DNA from: Geosiphon pyriformis uo1
Lineage: Eukaryota > Fungi > Glomeromycota
DNA: 64,000 nt
Direction of reading: 5' to 3'
Assembly (NCBI GenBank): GCA_016748015.1
Contig: JAAOMT010000135.1
Coordinates: forward strand, 1-64,000
Shown here: positions 11,580 to 23,512 of the stretch, in pieces
Layout of the letters: every line of letters begins with the position of its first letter
Position numbering within the stretch: position 1 is the stretch's first letter
Notes under the pieces: generated by a model
Database searches by the model: none
The model's input: the letters and a program-made list of their open reading frames with translations, nothing else
What the model was told of the DNA's origin: nothing
Made by a program: the position numbers and the translations under genes

Positions 11580-13201
11580 GTAATATTTTCAGTTCTAGAT
11601 ACATTACCATTAATATTTCCGAGATTTAAGTTTTCTGATATATTAAGATAAGTTGGCTGGAAATTTGGGTAGTTTGGGTAGTTTGCGTTTGTTTGCTGAT
11701 TAGATCCTATGTGGTTTGGGTTTCTCTGAACCAACACATTTTAATTCTACATGGGCTGATTTCGGGGCTCAAGACACCAATTTTGGTTGGTTATCATGAG
11801 CTGTTGCTAATAAGTTCCTTGATTTTGGTATGTAGTGGGGTATTGACATGATATTGGTGTGTATTGATTCCTAGACATTTGAAGTGGTATGTAATAATTA
11901 TTCTCACATGCCTTGTGCATCATTCGTGTTTGACATTGACTAATCAAATGTTCTACGCATTTACAAAAATAACAGACATGTATTTCTGTTCTAAAGTCCT
12001 GGTATGACGAGCAATTATTTTGACTGCTGCTGAATTCTAGGTTGTGTCTCTGAAGTGGTTAGTATGTATTACTTCTTCCTGGGTCCAAGATGAAGTAACT
12101 TTCTATTTTCTTAGAAAGTTCCTCTCCTAATTGTGCTATTTTCTTCTCTAAAGTTTCTGTCTTGTTTTGCTTAATCACCATGTTAATTATTTGACTATAG
12201 TAAACTTTTTTTTCAGCCAATTCAAGGGCTCTGGCAAGCATAATGGCTTTTGGTAATGAATCAAAGTGGGCAGAACATACTCTTCCTAAAATTCTGCTTT
12301 TTAATCCTTTAATAAATTGATTTAAAACCTGAGGATTGGTATAGTATCTTTGCTCAATTGTTTCAATCTGATGGTGAATTCGATTGAATTGAACAAGATA
12401 TTGGGTAACAGTTTTATCTGTATCTTGCTTGATAGTATTGAATTTGTTCTGCAGTTGGATTACAGTGTTTGGGTCACTAAAATACTTTAAGAGTGTGTCT
12501 TTGAATTTGGCAAAGCTTGTGGGTTTTGTTTTCAAGCTTTAATACTATGAGTCAGCAGTGTCTTTTAGGAAGAAAAATAACATTTGGATTGCTCTTTGAT
12601 CATTCCAGTTATTTGTTTAGATGGCTTTTTGTGCTTCTCTGAGCCATGTGTGCACGTCCATTTTTTTTTCTTCTTCTCCTGAGAAATCTGTTAATCGTGC
12701 AATGTATGGTGTGGCCATTTTGTCATTGTTTCTTGCTGGTGGGTTTATTGGTCTAAGAGGAAATGGAATGATATTTCCTTGAGCATTACTAAAGATGACT
12801 TCTCTTATATTCAGTTTTTCTTCTTGATCATGAATTTCTTGGTTTCTGGACTGGCTGCTTGTTCCAATGACTGGTCTTGTGCTTGTTTTTTTACTGGTTT
12901 TTTCAGATTCTGATTCAGACTCCTTTTCATGGTTTTCAAATCTCGCTCTGAATTTTGGTTGAAAAAAGGGTTTTTGGAATAGTGATAAATATCCTTCTGT
13001 AATTGGTATATCTCCCCAATTGTGTTGTTTGAGCTTCTCAGTGTAATTAGGAGTTCTCGGCATTTGTGGGGTTGATATGGATGATGATGCAGCTTCTAAT
13101 GGGAGTTGGATTTTATTATCTAGGGAAAAATAGTAAGATCTTTCTTCTGGTGAATGAAAACATTGTTTCTTTACTAATTGTGTGACGTTTTTCTTGGGCA
13201 T
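11580..13201 (-). pseudogene. gag: Family B gag, 3' part (capsid-like region, CCHC knuckle, Q/N/P-rich tail); 5' part at 23128-23512
   Basis: ORFs 12617..13201 and 12059..12535 (FSGEEE...WLREAQKA; QFIKGL); ...LGTPTQ/PKKNVTQ joins across A2. Confidence 0.85.
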
Positions 13202-14177
13202 TGTTATCAGTAGAATTTTAGCTATTAATTAGCAGAAAAATTACCCTTATAATTCTTATAATTAATTAGTATATTAATATCATTTCAAATTATCATTTAT
13301 TATTTAATCAATTATTACATATTACAATTCAATTAAATAATCCAATTAGTATAACAGAAAGTAAGATGATCAAATTACACAATACTCTGAACTTTGTAAC
13401 ATTCTAAAATTTGCCAAAATTTACAGAAATTAGCCGAAATTTATAAGAAATTTGCCAAAATTATGAATAGTTTACCCAAATTAATCAATAGTTCAGCAAA
13501 ATAACTTGTAGTTCATCAAAATGTATCTTTAGTTTGCTGAAAGTTGAGCAAAAAGAAAAAGTGCAAGTTCATAGACTAGTACTACAACAAGTTATATAAA
13601 AGAAGAGCTTTTCTCTTCAAGAAAATGTATTTTACTTTAAATTTATTACTTAGAACCATTCCTATACACACAAAAAGAAATAAATATCAAATAATTTGAT
13701 AAACCAAATTTTTTAATTATTGCACTTGGAAAATCCCCAAAACCCAACTAATGTTTTGAAATTAATTAGCTATCAATTTCAGTAAACTGTTAATGACTCA
13801 GGCCTGGATAGAAAACATTTCCCTTGATAAAATCCTATTTCTTTTACATTTTTTTATTTATTACAATCATTAAGGTAGCCTACAGACAAGATTTCTGTAG
13901 AAAAGTTGACTTTCACAGCAAAGTAATTACACATTTTTAGTGAGCTTCTAGATGAGCAATTCCTGGGAAAGAGTTGACATTTACTACAACATAACTACAT
14001 AAAGTAACTGGCAAAGAATTGGCTATTCCACTATAAGCCCAGCAGTTCAAATTATAGGAGATAATTTGAAGATAAATTCAGTTATTGGAGGTTCAACTAC
14101 TTCTAGAAAATGTGAATTTGCAACCAACAGACAGTTACAACATTTAAAAAAAGAGACCAAAAACCTCTGGTAACATT

Positions 14178-14195
14178 TGGTGCTCTCCCATGGAA
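14178..14195 (+). promoter_or_regulatory. Primer-binding site of family A (TGGTGCTCTCCCATGG...)
   Basis: TGG two nt after the LTR end, complementary to a tRNA 3' CCA; tRNA identity not assigned. Confidence 0.8.
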
Positions 14196-14221
14196 ATAAC
14201 ACAACAACAACAAACTTCAAA

Positions 14222-17200
14222 ATGGTGACCACACCAGACACAACAACTCTAAAGTATTATCAGTCAATTTACACCCATTGCAAGCAAAGATTCAACATTC
14301 CAGACGGAATTGAAATTGTTAAAAAAACAATTTACCAATATATTGAAAACCATATCAATAATTATCTTCTTGGAAATTACAACATTTCAGAAGTAAGAAG
14401 CAATCTCTATAATAATCTAGTACACTATTCATGATTGGGAACTGAAGACCTTAACAGTAAAACACTTGCCACCTACTTTCAAGAACTTAATTACAACATT
14501 ATCAAGTATTGTGAAGAAAAATACCCACTACAGTCTAAATACTCTTTTGACTTTGAATCAGAAACAGAAACAGACAACAAAGGCAAACAAAAAGTGAAAC
14601 AACACTCAAAAACCACTCCAAACACTCCAATACTACCAAAAACAACTGCCAAATACTTGCAAACACCTGAACAAAGAACCAGTGTCAAATTACCACTTTC
14701 TATTACACCATTTCTAATTTCACTTGCTCAACTGCAAACACCAAATTTACCACTTAACCATTTCTCCAGACTAGAAGATTTTCAGTCACTTAGAAATTCT
14801 ACTCAACAGCAGGAACCTATATCAACAAGCACCAATATTATTGAATACTTGCAGGAAAACAAAAGTGATCATTCAAAAAATTTAAAAAGTGAAGAAACTG
14901 AATCAAAACAAGGAGAAGCCACAGAAAACAAAAAGGAAATGACAACTGCTTATATTGCAAAGATTCCAGAATTTATGGGTGAAGATAATGATACCAGTCC
15001 TCAAGAATAACTTGACAAAGTTCAAAAAGCAGAAGATACAAATGGTTGGATTGCAGCAAGAATGCTTAAAGCAATTCCCTACTTTTTCCAAGAAACAGCA
15101 GGAGAATGGTTTGAAAATTTAGAAAAACCATTTGGAAACTGACAAGCATTCAAAGATGCTTTTCTACAACAATTCATTGACAACAATACTTCTATTACTC
15201 TCAAAAACCGCTTTCACAATATCAAGCAAGAAACATCTGAAACTGTTATGACCTATCTTGGAAGATTTAACAAACTTCTCAGATGAATCTGACAATTGGA
15301 AACCAATGACTACTATTTTGATGCTCAAATTCTGGATCAGTTTATAGCAGAGTTAAAAGACAAACTGATTAAAAAAGTCCATTCACATGCTCCAGCAGAC
15401 TTAGCAACTGCTATTAGACATACAAAGAGCTATGAAATGGCAATGGAAAAAGCAAATCACACCAAGCTTGTAAACCTTGCAATTAGAAAAACCAGCTAAA
15501 AAGAAGATCAACTAACTCACAAAAAAGGTTGAAAGCTACTTCACAAACCAACAACAATAGCAACAACAACCACAAAAATATCAACCCTCACAATAACACA
15601 ACCAAAACAATTTTAGATTACCATTCAACAACCAATCTCAAAATTGTTACTATTGTGGAATTACAGGACACTGGAAACGAGATTGTAGGAAACTACAAAG
15701 AGACCAACAAAACAGAAGTAATCAATGTTACTCTTCACCACAACAATCTTATTACCAATCTCCACCACCAACCTATTATTCACCAAGACCACAAAATCAA
15801 AACAGTTACTATTCACCAGCTCCACAACCAATACAGCAACAATATCAGCAATCTTTACCAATTCAGCCATATCAGACACCATCCACTCAACAATATCAAG
15901 TACCAGCAAGAAGATTGGTTCAACATAACCAATTCACATCCCAAAATTAATTGCAGAGTAACAACAACAGAATCAATTCAAATAACTAGTTGGTTCTTCA
16001 AAATTCTGGTCAGCAAAGACCCAATCACTATCACACTCAACCCAGTTATCTTACAATACCAGAGGAATCAGATTTTCAACAAACTGTACTTTCTGAAGGT
16101 AAACTTGCAGCACCAAGATTAAACTCTTCTAACCATACCATTCCACCAGCTCAAATTGCCCAAAATGCCAATCTGTCAGATATATTTCCATTTGAATTTG
16201 AAGCAAATGAATCACCATTTCTGCTTAGTAATACAGCAGTCAATGAACAGAAAGCAATTACTGCTATGTACACAGAAGCTACAGTGGAAGGAAAACCCAT
16301 TCACTTAATTTTAGATAGTAGATTGGCTAGAAGTATCATTACTTACCAGCTGATGCAACAACTCAAACAAAACATAGACAGACCAGCTCAAACAGTTATT
16401 GTCACAGCTGATGGTATGAAGAAGACTCCAGTAGAAGAAATTAATAATTTCTCCTTTACAATTGATGGAATCACCATTCCAGTTAAAGTTCTTGTTATGG
16501 ATGCACCCCAATACCAAGCTCTAGTCGGAAATAATTGGCTTTTCAAGGCCAATGCAAACCTGAACTGGAAAACTCAAGAACTTAAAATCTCATACCAAAG
16601 ACAATATACTATAATACCTGCAACCTGTGGTACCTTTAACAAATGATCAGAAAAAGCTCCAGTATTTGAATTTAAAGAAAAGAAGGAAATAATACTCACT
16701 GAAACCTACATGGGTCTTAGATCACCATCCAATTGGGCTGAGGAAACAGAACAAGAGATTTTTAAAGAATCAAGGGGATAGAAGAAAGTTAAATATTTCA
16801 TACCAGAACCATAAAAAGAACCACTATACATTCCACTAAAATGCAAAGATTGCAAAAAGAAGCTTTCATCTATGGAAGCCTGTATTTCCCCAGAAGAAGA
16901 ATACAAAACTTGCACTTGCTACTTCTGCAAGGCATGTCATAGAGAATAATTTGGATCCCAAAAGAGAAGTGGAAAATGGGACAAAACTCTTTGCCTTACT
17001 TGTGGAGAAAGGCTACCAAAAGAATGCAATTAAATTAATGTAGCAATAAGAGAAAGAGTATGTGATCAAACTTGTTAATATGCTCTATCAATTTCGAAAA
17101 AAGTCAAAAGAGGAACACCATTTGATGCAGTATACAACAGTGCTTTCAATAAACTTTACCACTACTCTCATGATGCTAAAATGATTTTTGATCTAGCAAT

Positions 17201-20200
17201 GGCATTGATCAATAAAGCCACCCAAGAAGATGTCCACCAAATGAAAGAAGCTGAATACATTGAGTATATCATAGAATTAGCTGGATTTGATTATGAAGAT
17301 GAAGTAGAAACCTACTACCAAATTGCAAGCCACACATATCCGACCAAAGAAGCTCAAATTCAACAATTAGAGCAAATAAACATTTAATTGTGTGAAAAAT
17401 GTGTTATGTCTTGTGATGACCAATGGTGTTTAGAATGTTATGCTCTTAGCATTCCTCTGCCAGATGAGAATAATGAAAATGAAATCGAATTTGGAGTATT
17501 TGAACTAGTAGAAGAACTACCAACCACTCCCATCTATCTTCTTAAAAAGCAACCATCTCTACAACTTAAATATTTTGACAACTATGGCCAAGGAATTAGA
17601 CCAGAAAAAACACACGAAATTGATGCTAGATATGACCTAAGATACCCAGGAAAAAATACTTTGGTTCTCCAACCAAAGTTCTTGACAAAAATCAATCTTA
17701 AAATTGCTCTTGAAATTCCACCAGGAGCAATGGTTCAAATTGCCTTCAGATCATCATTGGCAAGCAAAGAAATCAATATTAGAGGAGGAGTTATAGATGC
17801 AAGATACACTGGAGACATTACCATCATGTTGCAGAATGAAACAGACAAACCATTTAAAATTGAACATGCTGAAAAAATTGCTCAAGCAATTTACTTACCC
17901 TTAATCAACATTTCGGGTTTACAATCAATAAACAACAGAGAACAATTGGAAAAAAGTGAAAGAGAAACTCAAAGTTTTGGTTCAACTGGACGATTTACAG
18001 TTCCAGTAAACATAGTTTTTAATACACAAAATGAATCTCACCAGATTCTTTAACTTCTCCAGCCAATTATTATTTCACTTTTTGGAGAACATCACGAAAT
18101 TTACACTTGCTCAAAACCCACCACTACACAACAAATCTTTGAATCCAATAAACAAATCTGTTTGAAGCATGAAATCTCAATTCCAAACGTTTATATTCCC
18201 AAAAGAATGAAAAAATTTCAAGTTACATTTTACAACCCCAATAATTATTCTATTGTCTTATTAAACAAAGTAGAAATTGGAATCATACACAGCAATATCT
18301 TTCAAAATGAAAACCCTCAAATTGTCTCTAATTTTATCGAAATTGTAAGGCACACTCTACTCCCAAATCCAAATATTATTTTCACTACTGAAAACTACCA
18401 CCTTTTGGAAAAAAAACTTGCTCGAATCAACATGGGTCCCTTAAAACCTCAACAACAAAGACAATTAAAACAATTGATAGCTGAATTTGCAGATATATTT
18501 GCAAAAGACAACAATGACCTGGGAAAAATGGATATTGTTCAACATCAGATTCATACAGAAGATGCTTCACCAAAACATTAGCAAGCTTACAGAGTGCTAC
18601 CTGTCAGCCACCAATTCATCAGAGAAGAAATCCAGAGAATGCTCAATAACAGATTGATTCAACTATCAAGAAGTTCTTGGGTCTTACCAGTAGTCTTTGT
18701 CAAAAAGAAAAATGGAAAAATCAGATTTTGTGTTGACTATCACCAATTGAACAGTGTGACAATTGGAGATGCCTACCCTCTTCCAAGAATTAATAACATG
18801 CTAGATGCTCTAGAAAAAGCCAAGTTTTTTTCAACTTTAGACTTGGAAAGTGGATACTGGCAAGTCAAAATGGACCCAAAAGACCGACCCAAAACAGCAT
18901 TTACCACCCAGGGAAGAAACTATGAGTTCAATATTATGCCTTTTGGACTCTGCAATACACCAGCAACATTCCAGCAACTCATGGATGTTGTATATGAAAG
19001 ACTCTTGTGGCAATCAGTAGTTGTCTATCTTGATGATACTGATGTATATTCACCAAACTTTAAGACTCATCTTATCCACCTACGAAAAGTTTTTCAACAA
19101 TTATGGAAAGCAGAATTGAAGTTAAACATTGAAAAATGTCACTTTGGAAAAACAAGCTTAATCTTCCTCAAACACATTGTTAGTAAAGATGGAGTCAAAC
19201 CAAATCCTGGAACAATCAGTGCTGTCAAAAACTTTCAAACTCCCAGAAATACCATGGAACTACGAAGATTTGTAGGATTAGCCTCTTACTATTGAAAATT
19301 TATAAAAGGATTCTCAAAAATTGCCAAACCACTTAATTATCTTACCAACAAAAACATACCATACAAATAAACTGAAGAACAACAAAAAGCTTTTGAAATT
19401 CTCAAAACAAAATTGACAACAGTGCCAGTTTTTGCTTACCCAGACTTCAACAAATGATTTCAATTAGCCACTGATGCTTTATATATAGCATTTGGTGCCA
19501 TCTTATCACAATTAGATGAAAATAACCAGGAACAAGTTATCGCCTATGCCAGTAGAACACTCAAGCCAACAGAACTTAAATATGGCTTAACTGAATTGGA
19601 AGCTGTTGCAATCATTTGAGTTCTCAAACACTTTCAACAATACCTAAAGAATGGAAAAAAATTTGACATAATAACTGACAATATTAGTCTCAAATAGCTC
19701 AATAAAAAAAAAACTGAACAAAGTGCCAAACAGTCTTGATGGAATGATTTTCTAGCAGACTACAGATATATTGTACACCACAAACCAAGAAAACTACATA
19801 CTAATGTTAATAGTCTCTCAAGAATGAGACAACATTAATACCAACAACAATTTCACCACAACTTACCAACCTACCAACAAAATAACCAAACAAAAATGGA
19901 TCCCAGAAAATTACAGCAATCTTAAAAATTATTTGGAGACTCTTACCATGCCAGAAAATTGGTCTCCAAGTGAAAAACATTATTTACAACACCAATCAAA
20001 GCAATATTTCATACATCACAACAAAATCTATTATAAAAATCACAGAAACCCAAACCAACCACTCAAATTAGTACAAGAGAATGAAAAAGAAACAATTTTA
20101 TATAACATACATACAGATCAATCTTCAGCACACTTGAAAAGAGATGGAACAATTCAAAAAACTCTGGAACATTATTTTTGGTCTCACATGCAGAAAGATA

Positions 20201-21282
20201 TTTGACAATATGTAGAATCTTGTGATAGTTGTCAAAGAAAAGGAGGAATTCACTCCACAGAACCTTTAAATCCAATCAAAGTTGGACAATCTTTTAACAG
20301 AGTTGGAATTGATTTAGTCAGACTATTACCTATCACAACCCAAGAAAATCATTATATTGCAATTGCAGTGGATTATCTTACCAAATAGCCTGAAACTAAA
20401 GTCATCTAAAGAGCAGATGCAAAATCAGTAGCAAATTTCATCTATGAAGACATTATTTGTAGACATGGATGTCCAATTGAACTTTTATCTGATCAAGGAA
20501 CACATTTTGTAAACAACTTGATACAAAAAATTTGTAAATGATTCAATGTTAAAAGATCTTTATTATCACCTTATTACCCTCAAACAAATGGACTTATAGA
20601 ATGTTTCAACAGAACATTGTGTGAATCTCTAGCCAAAGTCTTAACAGACTTTGAGCAGAAATAGGATATCTTTATTCCATCAGTGTTACTAGTATACAGA
20701 ACGCTAAAACAAAATACTATGAAACATACACCATTTGATCTTACTTATGGAAGGACAACAACATTACCAATTAATTTCACAGTGGAAACATATCCTGTGC
20801 AACCAATTAATGAAAAGAACTTGCAAGAAACACTCCAAAGAAGGGCCTATACTTTTTTTAGTACACTGGAAAGAAAGAAAAAAATCGCAGCAACTCATAT
20901 TGAACATTTCCAAGCTTAACAAAAAGAAAGACACAACAACAAATTACCACCTATAACCAACGAATTTAAAATAGGAAATAAAGTTCTCTTACACAGAACT
21001 AAGGCTGAAAAACAATGGAATGAGAAATTTGAAAACAAATGAGATGGACCATTTTATATTCATGAAATTCTAGGCAATGGATCATACAAGTTAAGACTTG
21101 ATGACAAAATACTAGCAAAAGTTGCACATAGAGACAGATTAAAATACTATCATTCCAGAAACAATCCTGAACCATTAATTTCACAAATTGGTACACATTC
21201 CCCTTTAATTAATCTTGAAAATATTCTCTGAAATTTAGAACCAATAATTATAATAGAACAACAACCAAACTTAAATACTTAA
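14222..21282 (+). pseudogene. pol: Family A Gag-Pol polyprotein (originally one ORF)
   Basis: CCHC knuckle CYYCGITGHWKRDC (15645) is in frame with protease ILDS (15990..16646), dUTPase and RT (18594..19295: RFCVDY, YPLPRI, MPFGL, VYLDD); RNase H and integrase follow. Confidence 0.93.
17590..17995 (+). pseudogene. dut: dUTPase domain inside family A Pol, between protease and RT
   Basis: ORF 17388..18053 contains degenerate dUTPase motifs I-V: ARYDL, RSSLA, GGVIDARYTGDITIML, EKIAQAI, RETQSFGSTG. Confidence 0.92.
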
Positions 21283-21439
21283 TTTAACATAATTTTACAA
21301 TAATCTTTAATAATACACAAAAGACAAAAATAATAAATAATTACAAAACACTTAAAACCCAAAAACAAATAAAACCCCAGACCCAAAAAAAAAAAAATTT
21401 TTTCTTTATTCTCTCTTTTCATAATTAGTCAATTTTACC

Positions 21440-22146
21440 ATGATTATTTCTCGAAATATTCAACAAATATCCCAAAGTTAATGTTAGCCTTGAAAATACT
21501 TCCTGACTTATTCATAACAATTAATGGAAGTCAAATTAATTACATTCAGAAAGAAACCACAGCCCCAGTAGTAAATCATGCACAGAACTATCACTCTTAT
21601 AGAAAAAATACAAGAAGTTACTCTGAAAATAGGTTATTAAGACTTTTGAAGCAAGCACTAGAAGAAAATCTTTTAATTGCCCCTATTAACATTTCACCAA
21701 ATACTACAATACAACAAAAACTTCTACTACTTTTCAATGAACAGGACAATGAACACACCCCTATCTATAAATACTTTCATATTGAAAAGACACTTTATGA
21801 ATGAAAACTGGAACTTGAAGCAACTAATTTTACTCCTGAAGCTATACAAAAACAAATTCACAATGAATTTAAAACAGCAGCTGGACCAACAAACACTTGC
21901 TATAAACTTAGAACAGCTTTTAGACTCTATAATTTGTTTAATACTTGTAAAAATATTCTACAAAATCCCATACTGCAACCAATGAAAGTCCAATACATTA
22001 GCAAACTTACAAAACTGAAATTTCAACAATTTTCAGACCAGATTACTTCAATTATTTTGGATCACTATTTCAATATTACAAATAGTGCTTGGACTTTGAC
22101 AGAGCTCAGTCTTAAGAAAGAGATTATGTTACCAGTAGAATTTTAG
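21440..22146 (+). pseudogene. Family A accessory ORF3 (A2)
   Basis: ORFs 21481..21804 and 21934..22146; copy of 807-1514. Confidence 0.85.
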
Positions 22147-23127
22147 CTATTAATTAACAGAAAAATTACCCTTATAATTCCTATAATTAATTAGTATATT
22201 AATATCATTTCAAATTATCATTTATTATTTAATCAATTATTACATATTACAATTCAATTAAATAATTCAATTAGTATAACAGAAAGTAGGATAATCAAAT
22301 TACACAATACCTTGAACTTTGTAACATTCAAAAATTCACCAAAATTTACAAAAATTCACCGAAATTTATAAAAAATTCACCGAAATTTGCCGAAATTATG
22401 AATAGTTCACCCAAATTAATCAATAGTTCAGCAAAATAACTTGTAGTTTATTAAAATGTATCTTTAATTTACCAAAAGTTGAGCAAAAAGAAAAAGTGCA
22501 AGTTCATAGACTAGTACTACAACAAGTTGTATAAAATAAAAGCTTTTTTCTTCAAGAAAATGTATCTTACATTAGATTTATCACTTAAAACCATTCCTAC
22601 ACACACAAAAAGAAATAAATATCAAATAATTTGATAAACCAAATTCTTTAATTATTGCACTTGGAAAATTCCCAAAACTCAACTAACGTTTTGAAATTGA
22701 TTAGCTACCAATTTCAGTAAACTGTTAGTGACTTCAGGCCTGGATAGAAAACGTTTCCCTTGATAAAATCCTATTTCTTTTATATTTCTTTTATTTTTCT
22801 TTTCTTTTCTTATTACAATCATTAAGGTAGCGTACAGACAAGATTTCTGTAGAAGAGTTGACTTTCACAGCAAAGTAACTACACATTTTTAGTGAGCTTC
22901 CAGATGAGCAATTTCTGAGAAAGAGTTGATGTTTACTACAACATAACTTCATAAAGTAACTGGCAAGGAATTGGTCATTCCACTTATAAGCCCAGCAGTT
23001 AAAATATAGAAGATAATTTGAAAATAAATTCAGTTATTAGAGGTTCAACTACTTCTAGAAAACGTGAATTTGCAACCAACAGATAGTTACAACATTCAAG
23101 AAAAGAGACCAAAAACCTTTGGTAACA

Positions 23128-23512
23128 GCGTTTGGGTGGGTGTTCCTAATTTTTGCTGATTTTCTTTGTAATTAATTTCTGAATTGTGGACGTGTTCTCT
23201 GGTGTTCTTTGTGGATATTAGATAATTTTTGTTGGCATATTGCTCAATTTCACAATGAATTTGAACAATAGTTGTGGCTAATGCTGTTGTTTTTTTTGTA
23301 GTAAATTGAGATAATTTTCTATATAATTGATGTTTTGTATCATTTGGTTCTTTTTTCCTTTTTATGTAATAATTTATTCTGGCATTAATATAATAAGTGA
23401 AAGCAGATTCTGTTGGACAACACCTTTTTGGCAATTTAAGATCATTTTGATTTTGTGTGTAAATAACATGGCAGAATTTAAGAACAGTAAGGGTAGGGAT
23501 TTTTGTTACCAC
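23128..23512 (-). pseudogene. gag: Family B gag N-terminal domain
   Basis: ORF 23096..23512; similar to the family A gag N-terminus (TLKYYQSIYT...YQYIENHINNYL vs VLKFCHVIYT...TYYINARINYYI). Confidence 0.8.

Larger units (their letters stand above)
13202..23127 (+). mobile_element. Full-length Ty3/Gypsy family A copy A2 (~9.9 kb): LTR-gag-PR-Cys-rich-dUTPase-RT-RH-IN-ORF3-LTR
   Basis: LTRs 13202-14175 and 22127-23127; TSD GCAT (13198-13201)/GCGT (23128-23131); splits the B2 gag. Confidence 0.97.

Noticed and set aside
15529-16122. 197-aa N/H/T-rich ORF as a separate gene
   Set aside because: It is an alternative frame over the Q/P-rich gag tail; the knuckle and protease are in another frame.
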